A stretch of DNA of 59,195 nucleotides, the filler included. It is 5 parts of 5 records of this genome, joined end to end, with 100 filler letters (N's around TTAATTAATTAA, not from the genome) between each part and the next. Parts side by side here need not be neighbours in the genome. Positions count along the whole stretch, not along the records: positions 1 to 29,928 come from SRR20825006_2475; 4 more parts are not named here. The stretch is one strand, 5' to 3'. Made by a program: the position numbers and the translations under genes. The first letter of the stretch is position 1. Every line of letters begins with the position of its first letter. Shown here piece after piece: positions 8,266 to 17,408 of this stretch. Under the pieces are notes generated by a model, which worked only from the letters and a program-made list of their open reading frames with translations, was not told where the DNA came from and ran no database searches.

Positions 8266-10506
8266 CTAGAACTCGTAGCCGATCCGCACGCCATAGGTGC
8301 GCGGGTCGGAACGGAATGTGTCATACCCGATAAAGCCATAGCCTGAGACGGCATAGTCTTCATCGGTCAAGTTCCGTCCCCATACGGTCAAGCTGAGACC
8401 GGTATCTGTAAACACGAAGTTCGCCTCTGCCTGCAGGGTCGTGAAGCCGTCCTGCATGCGGCTGTCCAGGCCCTCTGGGTCGAGATAGTAATCACCGCGA
8501 TACTTGACGTGTGCGGCGAGGCTGGCCTCGATCGTTTCCGTAACCGCGAACTCGTAGCGTCCGCCGAGGGTGGCGGAGACATCTGGTGCGAAGGGGAGGG
8601 GGGTGCCGTCAAATGTGTCGGCATTTCCGCCAATGTCGGACGACTGATCAATCTCGGTTTCCAGAAGCGTCAAGCCACCATCCAGCAAAAGTTGCTCCGT
8701 AGCCTGCCATGTCAAATCGACTTCCACCCCGTAGGATGTCGCTTCATCAAGATTGGACAGCGAGTTGGACGTAATGCTTGAACCGTCGGGCAAGGCGAAA
8801 TTCACGAAGATGCGCGCCTGCGGGTCTTGATAATCCTGAAGAAATGCAGCGATGCTGTAAGTGAACGTATCGTCTGGTCGGCTCTTGTAGCCGACCTCAT
8901 AGGCTGTGACGGTCTCTGCGTCGAACAAGCCCGCATCAGCGAAATGAGTGGCGTTATTCTGGACTTCGCCATTGAAGCCGCCCGATTTGTAGCTGTTGGA
9001 AACCGAGACATAAGCGCTGCCTTGACCGAGTTCGTAGGAGAGGGCCGCGTTGCCCGAAAGCCGCGTCTCTTCGATCTCGTTCGCGCCTGCCGCCAGGCCG
9101 AGACCCCCGACATTGTTGAAGCCAATGGTGCCATCCTCAAAGATGTGACGGCCGCTTCCCTGACCCTCAATCCGCTCATGCGTTACCCGCGCGCCGAGTG
9201 TAGCGGTCAACCGATCAGAGAGGTCGAATTCATTATAAGTGAAGGCGGCCAGAGCCGAACGGTCCTGCCTGATATCTGTGATCAGAGTCATCGCCCGTGC
9301 ATCTGAGGCCGGGGTTGGCCCTGCCCGGCTGGCGGCGCCGACATAAGGACAGGTGCCGAGCAGCGTGTCGGCATCCAGGTCGCCGCACCAGATCGTATAG
9401 GTCTGGCTGAAATCTTCCAGCGATCCCGAAACACCGATCATGGTGCTGGCGCCGTCCCAGTCTGTCTGCAGGCGGAATTCCTGCGAGTACTGCCGGAAGT
9501 CGCGGATATAGGCGAGGTTGGCGTTGAAGTTCGGATTGTCGAACAGGGCGACGGCCCCGTCAAAGTCAAACCCGTAATCCTGATTGTACCCTTCGAAGGC
9601 CGTGAGAGATGTCAGCGTCCACCGCCCGACAGCGCGCTCATATTCTGCCGAGACACCATAGAATTCATTATCAGTATCCTGAACGCCGTCACGGCCCACC
9701 GCGATCTCATGGTCGTTAAGGTCAAGTGTATCATTGCGCGGCGCGGCATTGACGCCATTGTCTTCCTCATAGTGCGTGCGCACGAGCAGGGACCCACCAA
9801 ACGCCTTGTCCCAATTGAGGCCGAGGCGCAAACCGAATTCGTCCCGCACACCGCCCGCATCTTCCGGGCCGGCAATATTGTCGAGTGCGGCGTCGCGCGA
9901 CAAGTACCGCCCGGCGAGGCGATAGCTGAAGCCATTATCGTAGTGCTCCCCATAGGCGCCATCCAGGTCAGCGCGATTCAGGTTGCCATAGCCCGCCCGA
10001 ACATACCGGCGCTGGTCCTCGCCAGGTTTCGCGGAGATGAAATTGATCGCGCCCCCGGACGCGTTGCGGCCATACAGCGTGCCTTGCGGGCCTTTCAGAA
10101 CTTCCACACGGGCAAGATCATACAGCATCAGGCCCGTCTGGACGTTGGTCGCCAGATAGACGCCATCGGAATAGACCGCAGCGGCGGTGGGCGTCAGGGC
10201 CTGATGGTCAACCGCGCCGATGCCGCGAATCTGGAAGGCGACCTGCGTACCGTTTGCGACAGCGGCCTCAACCCCGGTCAGCAGGTCAGTCATGTCCTCG
10301 GCGCTGACATAAGCATCCGCCAGCGACAGATCCCTGGTATCAATCACGCTGACGGACATCGGAATGTCTGTCAGAGGCGTGGCGCTCGGGGTGGCGGTGG
10401 TGACGATCGTGTCCAGCCGGTTCACCGGGTCATCGGACTGGGCCGTGGCTGGGAGGGCAAAAGCGAGGAGGGCGAGCGGGGCGACTGAGCACTGAAATTT
10501 TTTCAT
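8266..10506 (-). CDS. TonB-dependent receptor
   Basis: Signal peptide, TonB box (DTIVTTA), RVEVLKGPQGTLYGRNASGGAINFIS, C-terminal PRTYGVRIGYEF. Confidence 0.95.
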   Translation of the reverse strand: MKKFQCSVAPLALLAFALPATAQSDDPVNRLDTIVTTATPSATPLTDIPMSVSVIDTRDLSLADAYVSAEDMTDLLTGVEAAVANGTQVAFQIRGIGAVDHQALTPTAAAVYSDGVYLATNVQTGLMLYDLARVEVLKGPQGTLYGRNASGGAINFISAKPGEDQRRYVRAGYGNLNRADLDGAYGEHYDNGFSYRLAGRYLSRDAALDNIAGPEDAGGVRDEFGLRLGLNWDKAFGGSLLVRTHYEEDNGVNAAPRNDTLDLNDHEIAVGRDGVQDTDNEFYGVSAEYERAVGRWTLTSLTAFEGYNQDYGFDFDGAVALFDNPNFNANLAYIRDFRQYSQEFRLQTDWDGASTMIGVSGSLEDFSQTYTIWCGDLDADTLLGTCPYVGAASRAGPTPASDARAMTLITDIRQDRSALAAFTYNEFDLSDRLTATLGARVTHERIEGQGSGRHIFEDGTIGFNNVGGLGLAAGANEIEETRLSGNAALSYELGQGSAYVSVSNSYKSGGFNGEVQNNATHFADAGLFDAETVTAYEVGYKSRPDDTFTYSIAAFLQDYQDPQARIFVNFALPDGSSITSNSLSNLDEATSYGVEVDLTWQATEQLLLDGGLTLLETEIDQSSDIGGNADTFDGTPLPFAPDVSATLGGRYEFAVTETIEASLAAHVKYRGDYYLDPEGLDSRMQDGFTTLQAEANFVFTDTGLSLTVWGRNLTDEDYAVSGYGFIGYDTFRSDPRTYGVRIGYEF

Positions 10507-10615
10507 GAGCGGCGATTACCAGCCGTTCAGAATGCGACGCAACTGCATTTAGCTGATGCCGAAGCTGCGTCAGCCAAAGCGACGTATTCTGGCAACACTA
10601 TTACAGGATACAGGT

Positions 10616-11188
10616 TTAGCGCGGGGCGCGTTTTGCAAGGATGCGTTGCAGCGTCCGTCGGTGCATGTTCAGGCGGCGCGCGGTTTCCGAGACGTTGTGA
10701 TTGCACAGCTCATAGACGCGCTGAATATGCTCCCAGCGAACCCGGTCGGCCGACATTGGATTTTCTGGCGGAGCGGGCTTTTCGTCAGGTGATGCGGCGA
10801 GCGCGCGAATGATGTCTTCCACATCTGCAGGCTTCGACAAATAGTCCACAGCGCCAGCTTTCACAGCGGCGACGGCTGTCGCAATGGCGCCATACCCGGT
10901 CAGGATAACAGCGCGGGCATCCGGGCGGTGCTTGTGCAGTACTTCCACCACATCCAGCCCGCTGCCATCTTCCAGGCGCAGGTCCAGAACGGCAAAGGCC
11001 GGTGGGTTCAGGCGGGCAATATCCTTGCCTTCGGACACGGTCGAGACGGCAGAGACCACGAAACCGCGCTGGGCGAGCGCGCGGGCCATGCGTTGCACAA
11101 ACGGACCATCATCGTCCATTACGAGACATGAGCGATCCTCAACATCCTTGAGGCTCTCGTGCAAATTCACAGTGATGGGCCGTTCCAT
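10616..11188 (-). CDS. regA: Redox response regulator RegA/PrrA/ActR
   Basis: Receiver domain plus the invariant PPENPMSADRVRWEHIQRVYELCNHNVSETARRLNMHRRTLQRILAKRAPR; start at MERPITV is inferred. Confidence 0.96.
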   Translation of the reverse strand: MERPITVNLHESLKDVEDRSCLVMDDDGPFVQRMARALAQRGFVVSAVSTVSEGKDIARLNPPAFAVLDLRLEDGSGLDVVEVLHKHRPDARAVILTGYGAIATAVAAVKAGAVDYLSKPADVEDIIRALAASPDEKPAPPENPMSADRVRWEHIQRVYELCNHNVSETARRLNMHRRTLQRILAKRAPR

Positions 11189-11235
11189 TGGCTTTTCCTT
11201 GATGTAACAACCGTCATATAGGTCTGAACCGGTCA

Positions 11236-12606
11236 TTAATCCAAGTCAGGCGCCTGCAAAATGCCAAGGGGCCATAGAGTCTGGACGACCGCGCCCTTTT
11301 TCGGCGGGGTCCTGTTTCGGGTCGCGATGCGGCCGCCGGTGCGCTCAATAAGCGTTTTTGCGATGAAGAATCCAAGCCCCATGTCACCCCCGCCCAGATG
11401 CGCCTCGCCGCGTTGCGAGACATAGGGCTCGCCCAGTTTCGGCAGCACTTCGGCGGCAAAGCCGGGGCCGTCATCGCTGATTGTGACCATGATCTGGTCT
11501 GCAGTCCAAGTTGCCACGACGTTCACGCGCGTATCGGCGAAACTCACCGCATTTTCGATGAAGGCACCCAGCGCGTGCAAAACTTCCGGACTGCGTTTCA
11601 GGGTCGGCGCACGTGGTGTGCCATCTTCAGCAGGTTCCGCCCGGACGGTCAGATCCACGCCCAACCCCTTGAATGGCGCAGCGGCCTCGGCCACCAGCGC
11701 ATCCAGCGGGATTCGCGCATGCACGATGTCGGTTGCTTCGCGCGCTTCACGGATCGTGGCGAGGATCGCGCGGCACCGGTCGGCCTGTTCGGCAATCAAG
11801 ATGATGTCCTCGGCGCGCGGATCCTCGGGGTCGAGATCCGCCTGCAATTCCTTCGCGACGAGATGGATCGTGGCAAGCGGGGTTCCCAACTCATGTGTGG
11901 TCATTGCAGACATTGCACCGAGCGCGGACAGGCGTTGCTCCCGCGCCATGACGACCCCCGCTGCATCGAGCGCGCGCACGAGCCGGGCCTCATCCTGACT
12001 GACCCGCGCCGCTGACAAGGCAAAGAAGACCACACCGACAGCAAGGGCTGCGAACTGGCCAAGCTGGAACAGAGGCGGCAGCGCAATCGAAGAGTTCGCC
12101 ACACCCCAGGGCAGGGGCATGTGAATAAGCGGCATCAGGGCCGCCAATACCAAGGCAAGCAAAGCGATAAGGGAGGCCCTGAACGAGCTGAGACTGAGCG
12201 CAGCAACAGTCACGGGGGCAACCAGAAGCAACAGGAACGGGTTTGACAGTCCACCCGTCGCGGCGATCAGCGCAGCCAATTGTACCGTATCGAATGCCAA
12301 TTGCAGGGTCGCCTCCCACCCGCGCGTCAGGCGCTGGCTCTGGAAGGCAAAAGACAGGAACACGTTCAACCAGGCCGACGCCGCAATGATCGACAGGCAG
12401 AGCGCAAGCGGCATGTCGAAGCCAAGTCCGAACGCCACGAACAATACCGCTGCCGTTTGCCCGGCCACGGCCAGCCAGCGCAGCGTGATGAAAGTGCGCA
12501 GGCGCGTGCGCCCGAGGGCGGATTGCGCCGAACCCAACCCTTCTGGGGGAAGGGTGAAGATCGCATCGTCGAGATCTATGTGTCCGTCGCGGGCCAAATC
12601 ATCCAT
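11236..12606 (-). CDS. regB: Redox sensor histidine kinase RegB/PrrB/ActS
   Basis: LRWLAVAGQ, GGLSNPF quinone-binding motif, HELGTPLATI H-box, redox Cys in ADRCRAIL; start at MDDLARDG is inferred. Confidence 0.95.
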   Translation of the reverse strand: MDDLARDGHIDLDDAIFTLPPEGLGSAQSALGRTRLRTFITLRWLAVAGQTAAVLFVAFGLGFDMPLALCLSIIAASAWLNVFLSFAFQSQRLTRGWEATLQLAFDTVQLAALIAATGGLSNPFLLLLVAPVTVAALSLSSFRASLIALLALVLAALMPLIHMPLPWGVANSSIALPPLFQLGQFAALAVGVVFFALSAARVSQDEARLVRALDAAGVVMAREQRLSALGAMSAMTTHELGTPLATIHLVAKELQADLDPEDPRAEDIILIAEQADRCRAILATIREAREATDIVHARIPLDALVAEAAAPFKGLGVDLTVRAEPAEDGTPRAPTLKRSPEVLHALGAFIENAVSFADTRVNVVATWTADQIMVTISDDGPGFAAEVLPKLGEPYVSQRGEAHLGGGDMGLGFFIAKTLIERTGGRIATRNRTPPKKGAVVQTLWPLGILQAPDLD

Positions 12607-12616
12607 TAGCGCCTTA

Positions 12617-12632
12617 TGCGGCAGCGTGACGC
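12617..12632. promoter_or_regulatory. RegA/RegR-type binding box in the regB/senC divergent region
   Basis: TGCGGC-AGCGT-GACGC fits the GCGGC-N5-GNCGC consensus. Confidence 0.55.
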
Positions 12633-12667
12633 TTGCGCCAAGCGCCGCTTGCGGCGCATATCCCCCT

Positions 12668-13309
12668 ATGATGCTCAGATCGATTGCAACGTCATCCGCC
12701 CTGCTCGCCACCGCCGTATTGGCCGCCTGCTCTCCCGCCAGCGCGCCGGAGAAAGACTCCGCCGGAGCGGTAAAGTCCGGAGGTGCGCAGGCCAGTTGCC
12801 TCAGCCGTGCCTATCCGGAGATTGGCGGGCCGATCTCACTCGTCTCCGATTCCGGGGCGCGCGTGACGGAAGCCGATTTCAAAGGTCGTCCGACGCTGAT
12901 CTATTTCGGGTTCACCTATTGCCCGGACGTCTGCCCGATGACGCTCGTCAATGTGGAGCGCGCCTATGAGCAGCTGCCCGAAAGTGTTGAGCCGCCGCAG
13001 ACATTGCTCATTTCGGTGGATCCGGAACGGGACACGCCCGAAGTTCTGGCCAGCTATGTGAAGGCGCCGCGCTTTCCGAAAAACCTCGTCGGTCTGACGG
13101 GCACGCCAGAGGAAATTCGCGCGGCCGCGGATGAGTTCCTGTCGGACTTTTCGCGCGTAGAGCAATCTGAAAGCCAGTCCGAATACACAATGGACCATAC
13201 GTCGCTGCTCTATCTGATGGATGAGAACTGGCAGTTGAAGACCTTCTTCACGCATGAAGACACGGCTGAAACCATCTCGGCCTGTCTCGGAGAGATCCTG
13301 CAGGATTAG
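12668..13309 (+). CDS. senC: SCO1/SenC copper chaperone lipoprotein
   Basis: Lipobox LAAC, FGFTYCPDVCP, YTMDHT; divergent from regB. Confidence 0.93.
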   Translation: MMLRSIATSSALLATAVLAACSPASAPEKDSAGAVKSGGAQASCLSRAYPEIGGPISLVSDSGARVTEADFKGRPTLIYFGFTYCPDVCPMTLVNVERAYEQLPESVEPPQTLLISVDPERDTPEVLASYVKAPRFPKNLVGLTGTPEEIRAAADEFLSDFSRVEQSESQSEYTMDHTSLLYLMDENWQLKTFFTHEDTAETISACLGEILQD

Positions 13310-13314
13310 GATGA

Positions 13315-13340
13315 AGGGCCCGACTTTCCAGCCGGGCCCT
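13315..13340. terminator. Hairpin between convergent senC and merT-like genes
   Basis: AGGGCCCG...CGGGCCCT 8-bp stem. Confidence 0.55.
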
Positions 13341-13347
13341 GAACATC

Positions 13348-13734
13348 TTAGATGAACAGGCTTGCCGCGAAGAAGGCGAAGAACCCGCCAACCAGAAATG
13401 CGACAACGCTGACCCACCAGACGACCCAACTGAGCTGGCGCGCGCGCGTACACGCCCGTGCCTTCACCGGGTCAATTGGACAGGGCAGCGACCTTGCATG
13501 CCATTGCCAGGCCCCCGCCAACGCGATCATCAACGCTGCGATGCCGAACACGAGACCCTTGTTCTTGCCGAGCCAGGTGATCTGCGGCACGGCCTCGATC
13601 AGGCCTGCCATCACCGCGCCGGCGCCGATGCTGACCAGCAGGGCCGGTAGGGCGCAGCAGATCAGTGTTCCGGTTGAAGTGAACAGCGACAGGAAGGCAG
13701 GCAGGGTGCTGGGAGATTTTACATCTTCGCTCAT
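13348..13734 (-). CDS. MerT/MerF-like heavy-metal inner-membrane transporter
   Basis: LICCALP Cys pair in TM1, second Cys pair (LPCP...AC), 3 TMs; overlaps the upstream HMA gene by 4 bp. Confidence 0.75.
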   Translation of the reverse strand: MSEDVKSPSTLPAFLSLFTSTGTLICCALPALLVSIGAGAVMAGLIEAVPQITWLGKNKGLVFGIAALMIALAGAWQWHARSLPCPIDPVKARACTRARQLSWVVWWVSVVAFLVGGFFAFFAASLFI

Positions 13735-14135
13735 GCGTCGCCACCGCGGTCAATGCTGACGAGCGAATAACCGGACTTGCGGATCAGCTTTTCGATCGTT
13801 TCATCATCCATCATCGCGCCAGCCTTCAGGCCAAGGACGATTTCGCCATTGTCCAGGTCGACATTGACGCTTTCGACGGCGTCCTGCTTCTTGAACACCT
13901 TGCGGACGGCCTGTGCGCAAAAATCGCAGACGAGGCCGTTCACCTTGGCGGTGACGGTCTGGGCTGAAGCGGCCGGGTCGGCATCGGTATTGGGTTCAGC
14001 GACCATGTCGGCATGCGCCGAATGATCCATCTTGGAATGATCCATCTTGGAATGATCCATCGTTTCATCCGCCAGTGCCGGAGCGGCGAGCAGGCAAAAA
14101 GCGAGGGACGCGAAAGCGGGTTTAATCAGTTTCAT
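13731..14135 (-). CDS. Periplasmic heavy-metal-associated (HMA, MerP/CopZ-like) protein with His/Met-rich linker
   Basis: Signal peptide MKLIKPAF...ALA, MDHSKMDHSKMDHSAHADM, VNGLVCDFCA CxxC motif. Confidence 0.88.
   Translation of the reverse strand: MKLIKPAFASLAFCLLAAPALADETMDHSKMDHSKMDHSAHADMVAEPNTDADPAASAQTVTAKVNGLVCDFCAQAVRKVFKKQDAVESVNVDLDNGEIVLGLKAGAMMDDETIEKLIRKSGYSLVSIDRGGDA
14021..14061. repeat. 15-bp coding tandem repeat (MDHSK, about 2.7 copies)
   Basis: (AATGATCCATCTTGG)2 AATGATCCATC on the + strand. Confidence 0.9.
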
Positions 14136-14154
14136 GAGTAGTATCCTTTGAAAG

Positions 14155-14802
14155 TCAGAACCGGACGATCCAGTTCGCGAGCAGCTCTTCGGTTTCCAGC
14201 GTGTAGCCGAGCTCGACCATCTGGACGCCCTTGAAGAACCGGACGAGGGGGGTTGTGGTAACGGGCTCATTGCTTTCGGGGTGGTTATCCACCTGCAGCA
14301 TCAACCATGTGTGAAGGTCGCCATAGTCGCCGATATACGGGGCAACGCCGACGCGGCCGCTATGGCGCACGCTCTTGTTGCCGGCATAGTCGGTGGCTTT
14401 TGCCTCATAGGAGGTGAACCAGCGGCGGGTTTCCCAGTCCGCGGCGAAAGCGGCAAAACCGGACAGTTCAGGAGACTCACTCCCGAACGGATCGGCCTGA
14501 CCCACACCCAATTTGAAATAGGTGTTCGCCTGGCTTGAAGGGCCGTTCCAGCGTTTCAGCAGCCGGTTGTATTGCAGGCCGGTGAACTGGACGTCTTCGG
14601 CCCAGTTACGCTCTGCATAGAACCCGATCGAGTCCGATGCGGTGGGTGAATAGTGTGCATGCAGCGAGGAGGAATCTCCATTGTTCATCTGCATGACCGT
14701 CCAGCCGCCTGGGTAGGAGACGGGACGGGCCTCTGCCATGGGAGCGAGGGCCGCCCATGTGAGACAGGCCGCGAAAGGCGCGGCGCGGGAAAGGAAGGAC
14801 AA
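14155..14802 (-). CDS. Hypothetical exported protein, probable small outer-membrane beta-barrel
   Basis: Signal peptide, RPVSYPGGW mature N-terminus, aromatic alternating strands, C-terminal WIVRF. Confidence 0.7.
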   Translation of the reverse strand: MSFLSRAAPFAACLTWAALAPMAEARPVSYPGGWTVMQMNNGDSSSLHAHYSPTASDSIGFYAERNWAEDVQFTGLQYNRLLKRWNGPSSQANTYFKLGVGQADPFGSESPELSGFAAFAADWETRRWFTSYEAKATDYAGNKSVRHSGRVGVAPYIGDYGDLHTWLMLQVDNHPESNEPVTTTPLVRFFKGVQMVELGYTLETEELLANWIVRF

Positions 14803-14849
14803 GGCCTTCTCCTTTGTTCCGGGTTGATCCTGAGATTATGAGAGGATCA

Positions 14850-15206
14850 TCAGGCCCGGGGAGGAGGCGGCTCCGGAACGGATGCGACCGAGATTGGCGT
14901 CGCATCCAGAGGAATATTGAACAGGGGCGGATAAAGGTCGCTATGGCCTTCAGGTGCTGCCGCTATCGGCAGGGCGGCGACGATCGCCGGACAGCAACAA
15001 GCCGTATCGTGCGATGGCCCGTCCTGATCTTTTGGCTGGGAGTGGTCCATGGACCCCATCCCCATGTCGCAATCCCCATTCATTGCAGGCATCACATGCG
15101 TCATCTGGCCCGCATCCGATGCAGGACAGCTGTCCTGCGCGGCGCTTGCCGTACCGGATGCGATCAGCAACAGGCTGAGGCAAAGAAGGGCGATTCTTTG
15201 GAACAT
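14850..15206 (-). CDS. CopL/DUF2946-like metal-binding leader protein
   Basis: Signal-like N-terminus, Cys/His/Met-rich core (CCCP), C-terminal PEPPPPRA; first gene of the metal operon. Confidence 0.65.
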   Translation of the reverse strand: MFQRIALLCLSLLLIASGTASAAQDSCPASDAGQMTHVMPAMNGDCDMGMGSMDHSQPKDQDGPSHDTACCCPAIVAALPIAAAPEGHSDLYPPLFNIPLDATPISVASVPEPPPPRA

Positions 15207-15259
15207 CGTCGTTTTCTATCTCGCACGATAGCTGCGCCGTCAAATGACCTTTCAGTGAG

Positions 15260-16042
15260 CTATTGTGCCACCCAGCCGCCGTCCATGGAGAGGTCGGCCC
15301 CATTGATCTGGTCAGCATCCGGCGAGCAGAGGAAGGCAACGAAGCCGCCAATCTGCTCGGCAGTCACGAATTCCTTGGTTGGCTGGGCGGCGAGCAGCAC
15401 GTTTTTCACAACTTCATCACGCGTCATGCCGCGCGCCTTTGCCGTATCGTCGATCTGGCCATCGACCAGCGGCGTGTGGACATAGCCGGGACAGACCAGA
15501 TTGCACCGTACGCCGTGTTCCGCACCCTCCAGAGCCGTCACCTTGGTCAGGCCGGAAAGCCCATGCTTGGCCGCGACATAGGCTGACTTGAACGGGGAAG
15601 CGACCTTGGCGTGGGCGCTGCCGGTATTGATGATGCGGCCCCAGCCTTTTTCTTTCATGGGTCCAATCGCCATCCGGGTCGTGTGAAAGGCAGCTGACAA
15701 GTTCAGCGCCATGATCAGATCCCATTTGGCCACTGGGAATTCTTCGAGGGGTGACACAAATTGCGTGCCGGCATTGTTGACCAGAATATCGGTACCGCCA
15801 AAATCGGTTGTCACATAGGCCATCATCTCTTCAATCGCGTCCGGATTGGTCAGGTCAGCGCCTGAATAGCCGATCTGTACGCCGTGTTCCTTTCCCATTT
15901 CAGCCTGCAGGGCCTTGATCTCATCGGCGTCGCCAAATCCGTTCAGCACGACATTGCAGCCTTCCTGCGCAAGACGGTCTGCAATAGCCTTCCCGATCCC
16001 GCTGGTGGAGCCGGTAACGAGGGCGGTTTTCCCCTTGATCAT
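15260..16042 (-). CDS. bdhA: D-3-hydroxybutyrate dehydrogenase
   Basis: TGSTSGIG, NNAGTQFV, ASPFKSAYVAAKHG, QPTKEFV motifs. Confidence 0.93.
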   Translation of the reverse strand: MIKGKTALVTGSTSGIGKAIADRLAQEGCNVVLNGFGDADEIKALQAEMGKEHGVQIGYSGADLTNPDAIEEMMAYVTTDFGGTDILVNNAGTQFVSPLEEFPVAKWDLIMALNLSAAFHTTRMAIGPMKEKGWGRIINTGSAHAKVASPFKSAYVAAKHGLSGLTKVTALEGAEHGVRCNLVCPGYVHTPLVDGQIDDTAKARGMTRDEVVKNVLLAAQPTKEFVTAEQIGGFVAFLCSPDADQINGADLSMDGGWVAQ

Positions 16043-16135
16043 GAATATGTCTCCTTGAGGCTGTGGCGTGCTATGGGTAGGAATAGGTCTGGCTCTGATA
16101 GAGCCGATTGATATTAGAGGAAATAGTGAGCGTTT

Positions 16136-16567
16136 ATGGGCGGTGAAACTCTTGCCTTTGTCGAGGCATTCCCACGCTTTCTGTTATGGACAGCAGCGGC
16201 TGGCGCGATGCTTGCCATCGCCAGCACCATATACGTGCTGCTGACCCCGTGGAAGGAGCTGGCGCTCGTAAAGGAAGGCAATTCGGCCGCAGGATTTGCA
16301 TTGGCCGGGGCCATTGTTGGTCTTGCGATCCCCATTGCCTCCTGTCTGGCCTCCAGTGTCACCCTGATAGACTTGGCCATCTGGGGGGTCGTCTCACTCC
16401 TGATCCAGCTCCTCGTCTACCGTCTCGTCGATGTCTTGCTCACCGATATTCCCAAACGGATCGAAAAGGAGGAGGCTGGCGCAGCCGTCGTCCTTGTTGC
16501 GGCAAAGCTGGCATCAGCCCTGATCATTGCAGCGGGTCTCTGGGACCCGGTCCTGCAGAGGTTCTAA
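16136..16567 (+). CDS. DUF350 membrane protein
   Basis: YVLLTPWKELALVKEGNSAA repeat-type motif; 4 TMs. Confidence 0.85.
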   Translation: MGGETLAFVEAFPRFLLWTAAAGAMLAIASTIYVLLTPWKELALVKEGNSAAGFALAGAIVGLAIPIASCLASSVTLIDLAIWGVVSLLIQLLVYRLVDVLLTDIPKRIEKEEAGAAVVLVAAKLASALIIAAGLWDPVLQRF

Positions 16568-16586
16568 CGGAGGTACTCAGGCAGTG

Positions 16587-17408
16587 ATGCGTTCGTTTGA
16601 CTGGGTGATCTATGCATTGGTTCTGGGCGTCGTCGTCTGGACCATGTTTTCGCAGGATCCAAAAGCTGACGCACCTGAGCCGCCGCCAACCGTCCTGGAA
16701 TCCGAAGGTCCGACCCTGCCGCCGCCGTCGCCATTGGACGAACAGGTGCTTGTCCAGGTCAGCGAGCCCAAGGACGGGATCGGCACTGCTTTCGCCGTGA
16801 ACAAGAATGGTCAGTGGATCACGGCCCGGCATGTCGTGGACGGTTGCAACTCTGTCGGCCTGCTGGTGGCGCCCGGGCAATATGTGCCGGTCGACAGCAT
16901 CGTCGTTGATCCGGATCATGACCTTGCCCTTCTTTCAACAGGTCGCAGCCCCAACTCGGTAAAACTTGATCTCGTATCTCCGCTTCGCATCGGCACGCAT
17001 GGTTATCATGTTGGCTACCCTCAGGGACGACCGGGAGAAGTGGCCACGAAACTCATGTCCCGCTCGAAACTCATCACGCGCGGGCGCCGGGAAGGCGCTG
17101 AACCTATTCTTGCCTGGGCCGAGATTGGCCGGACGCGTGGCTTGAACGGTTCGTTGGGGGGAATTTCTGGCGGACCGGTCTTTGATGCGGGGGGAACTGT
17201 GCGCGGCGTGATCGTGGCCGAGAGCCCGCGGCGCGGGCGTATCTATACGGCTGCGCCGACATCTATAGATGCCTTCCTGACCAGCCTGAGCGTGGAGCGC
17301 GAGGATGGCCCGACCGAGATTTTTGCCGAGGAGACTTACGGCCCGATGTCAGACAATGCCCGCCGCCGTCTTCAGGTCGTGAAAGTGGCCTGCCGGGTCA
17401 CCCCATGA
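16587..17408 (+). CDS. Membrane-anchored trypsin-like serine protease
   Basis: Catalytic triad in TARHVV, DLALL and GGISGGPV; N-terminal TM. Confidence 0.88.
   Translation: MRSFDWVIYALVLGVVVWTMFSQDPKADAPEPPPTVLESEGPTLPPPSPLDEQVLVQVSEPKDGIGTAFAVNKNGQWITARHVVDGCNSVGLLVAPGQYVPVDSIVVDPDHDLALLSTGRSPNSVKLDLVSPLRIGTHGYHVGYPQGRPGEVATKLMSRSKLITRGRREGAEPILAWAEIGRTRGLNGSLGGISGGPVFDAGGTVRGVIVAESPRRGRIYTAAPTSIDAFLTSLSVEREDGPTEIFAEETYGPMSDNARRRLQVVKVACRVTP

Noticed and set aside
10531-10549. AATGCGACGCAACTGCATT as a Fur box for the TonB receptor
   Set aside because: Only the outer 5 bp are palindromic and it fits the TGC-N3-GCA motif equally well, so it cannot be assigned.
13348-14135. Mercury resistance operon
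   Set aside because: No merA, no adjacent merR and no transposon; the His/Met repeats point to copper.
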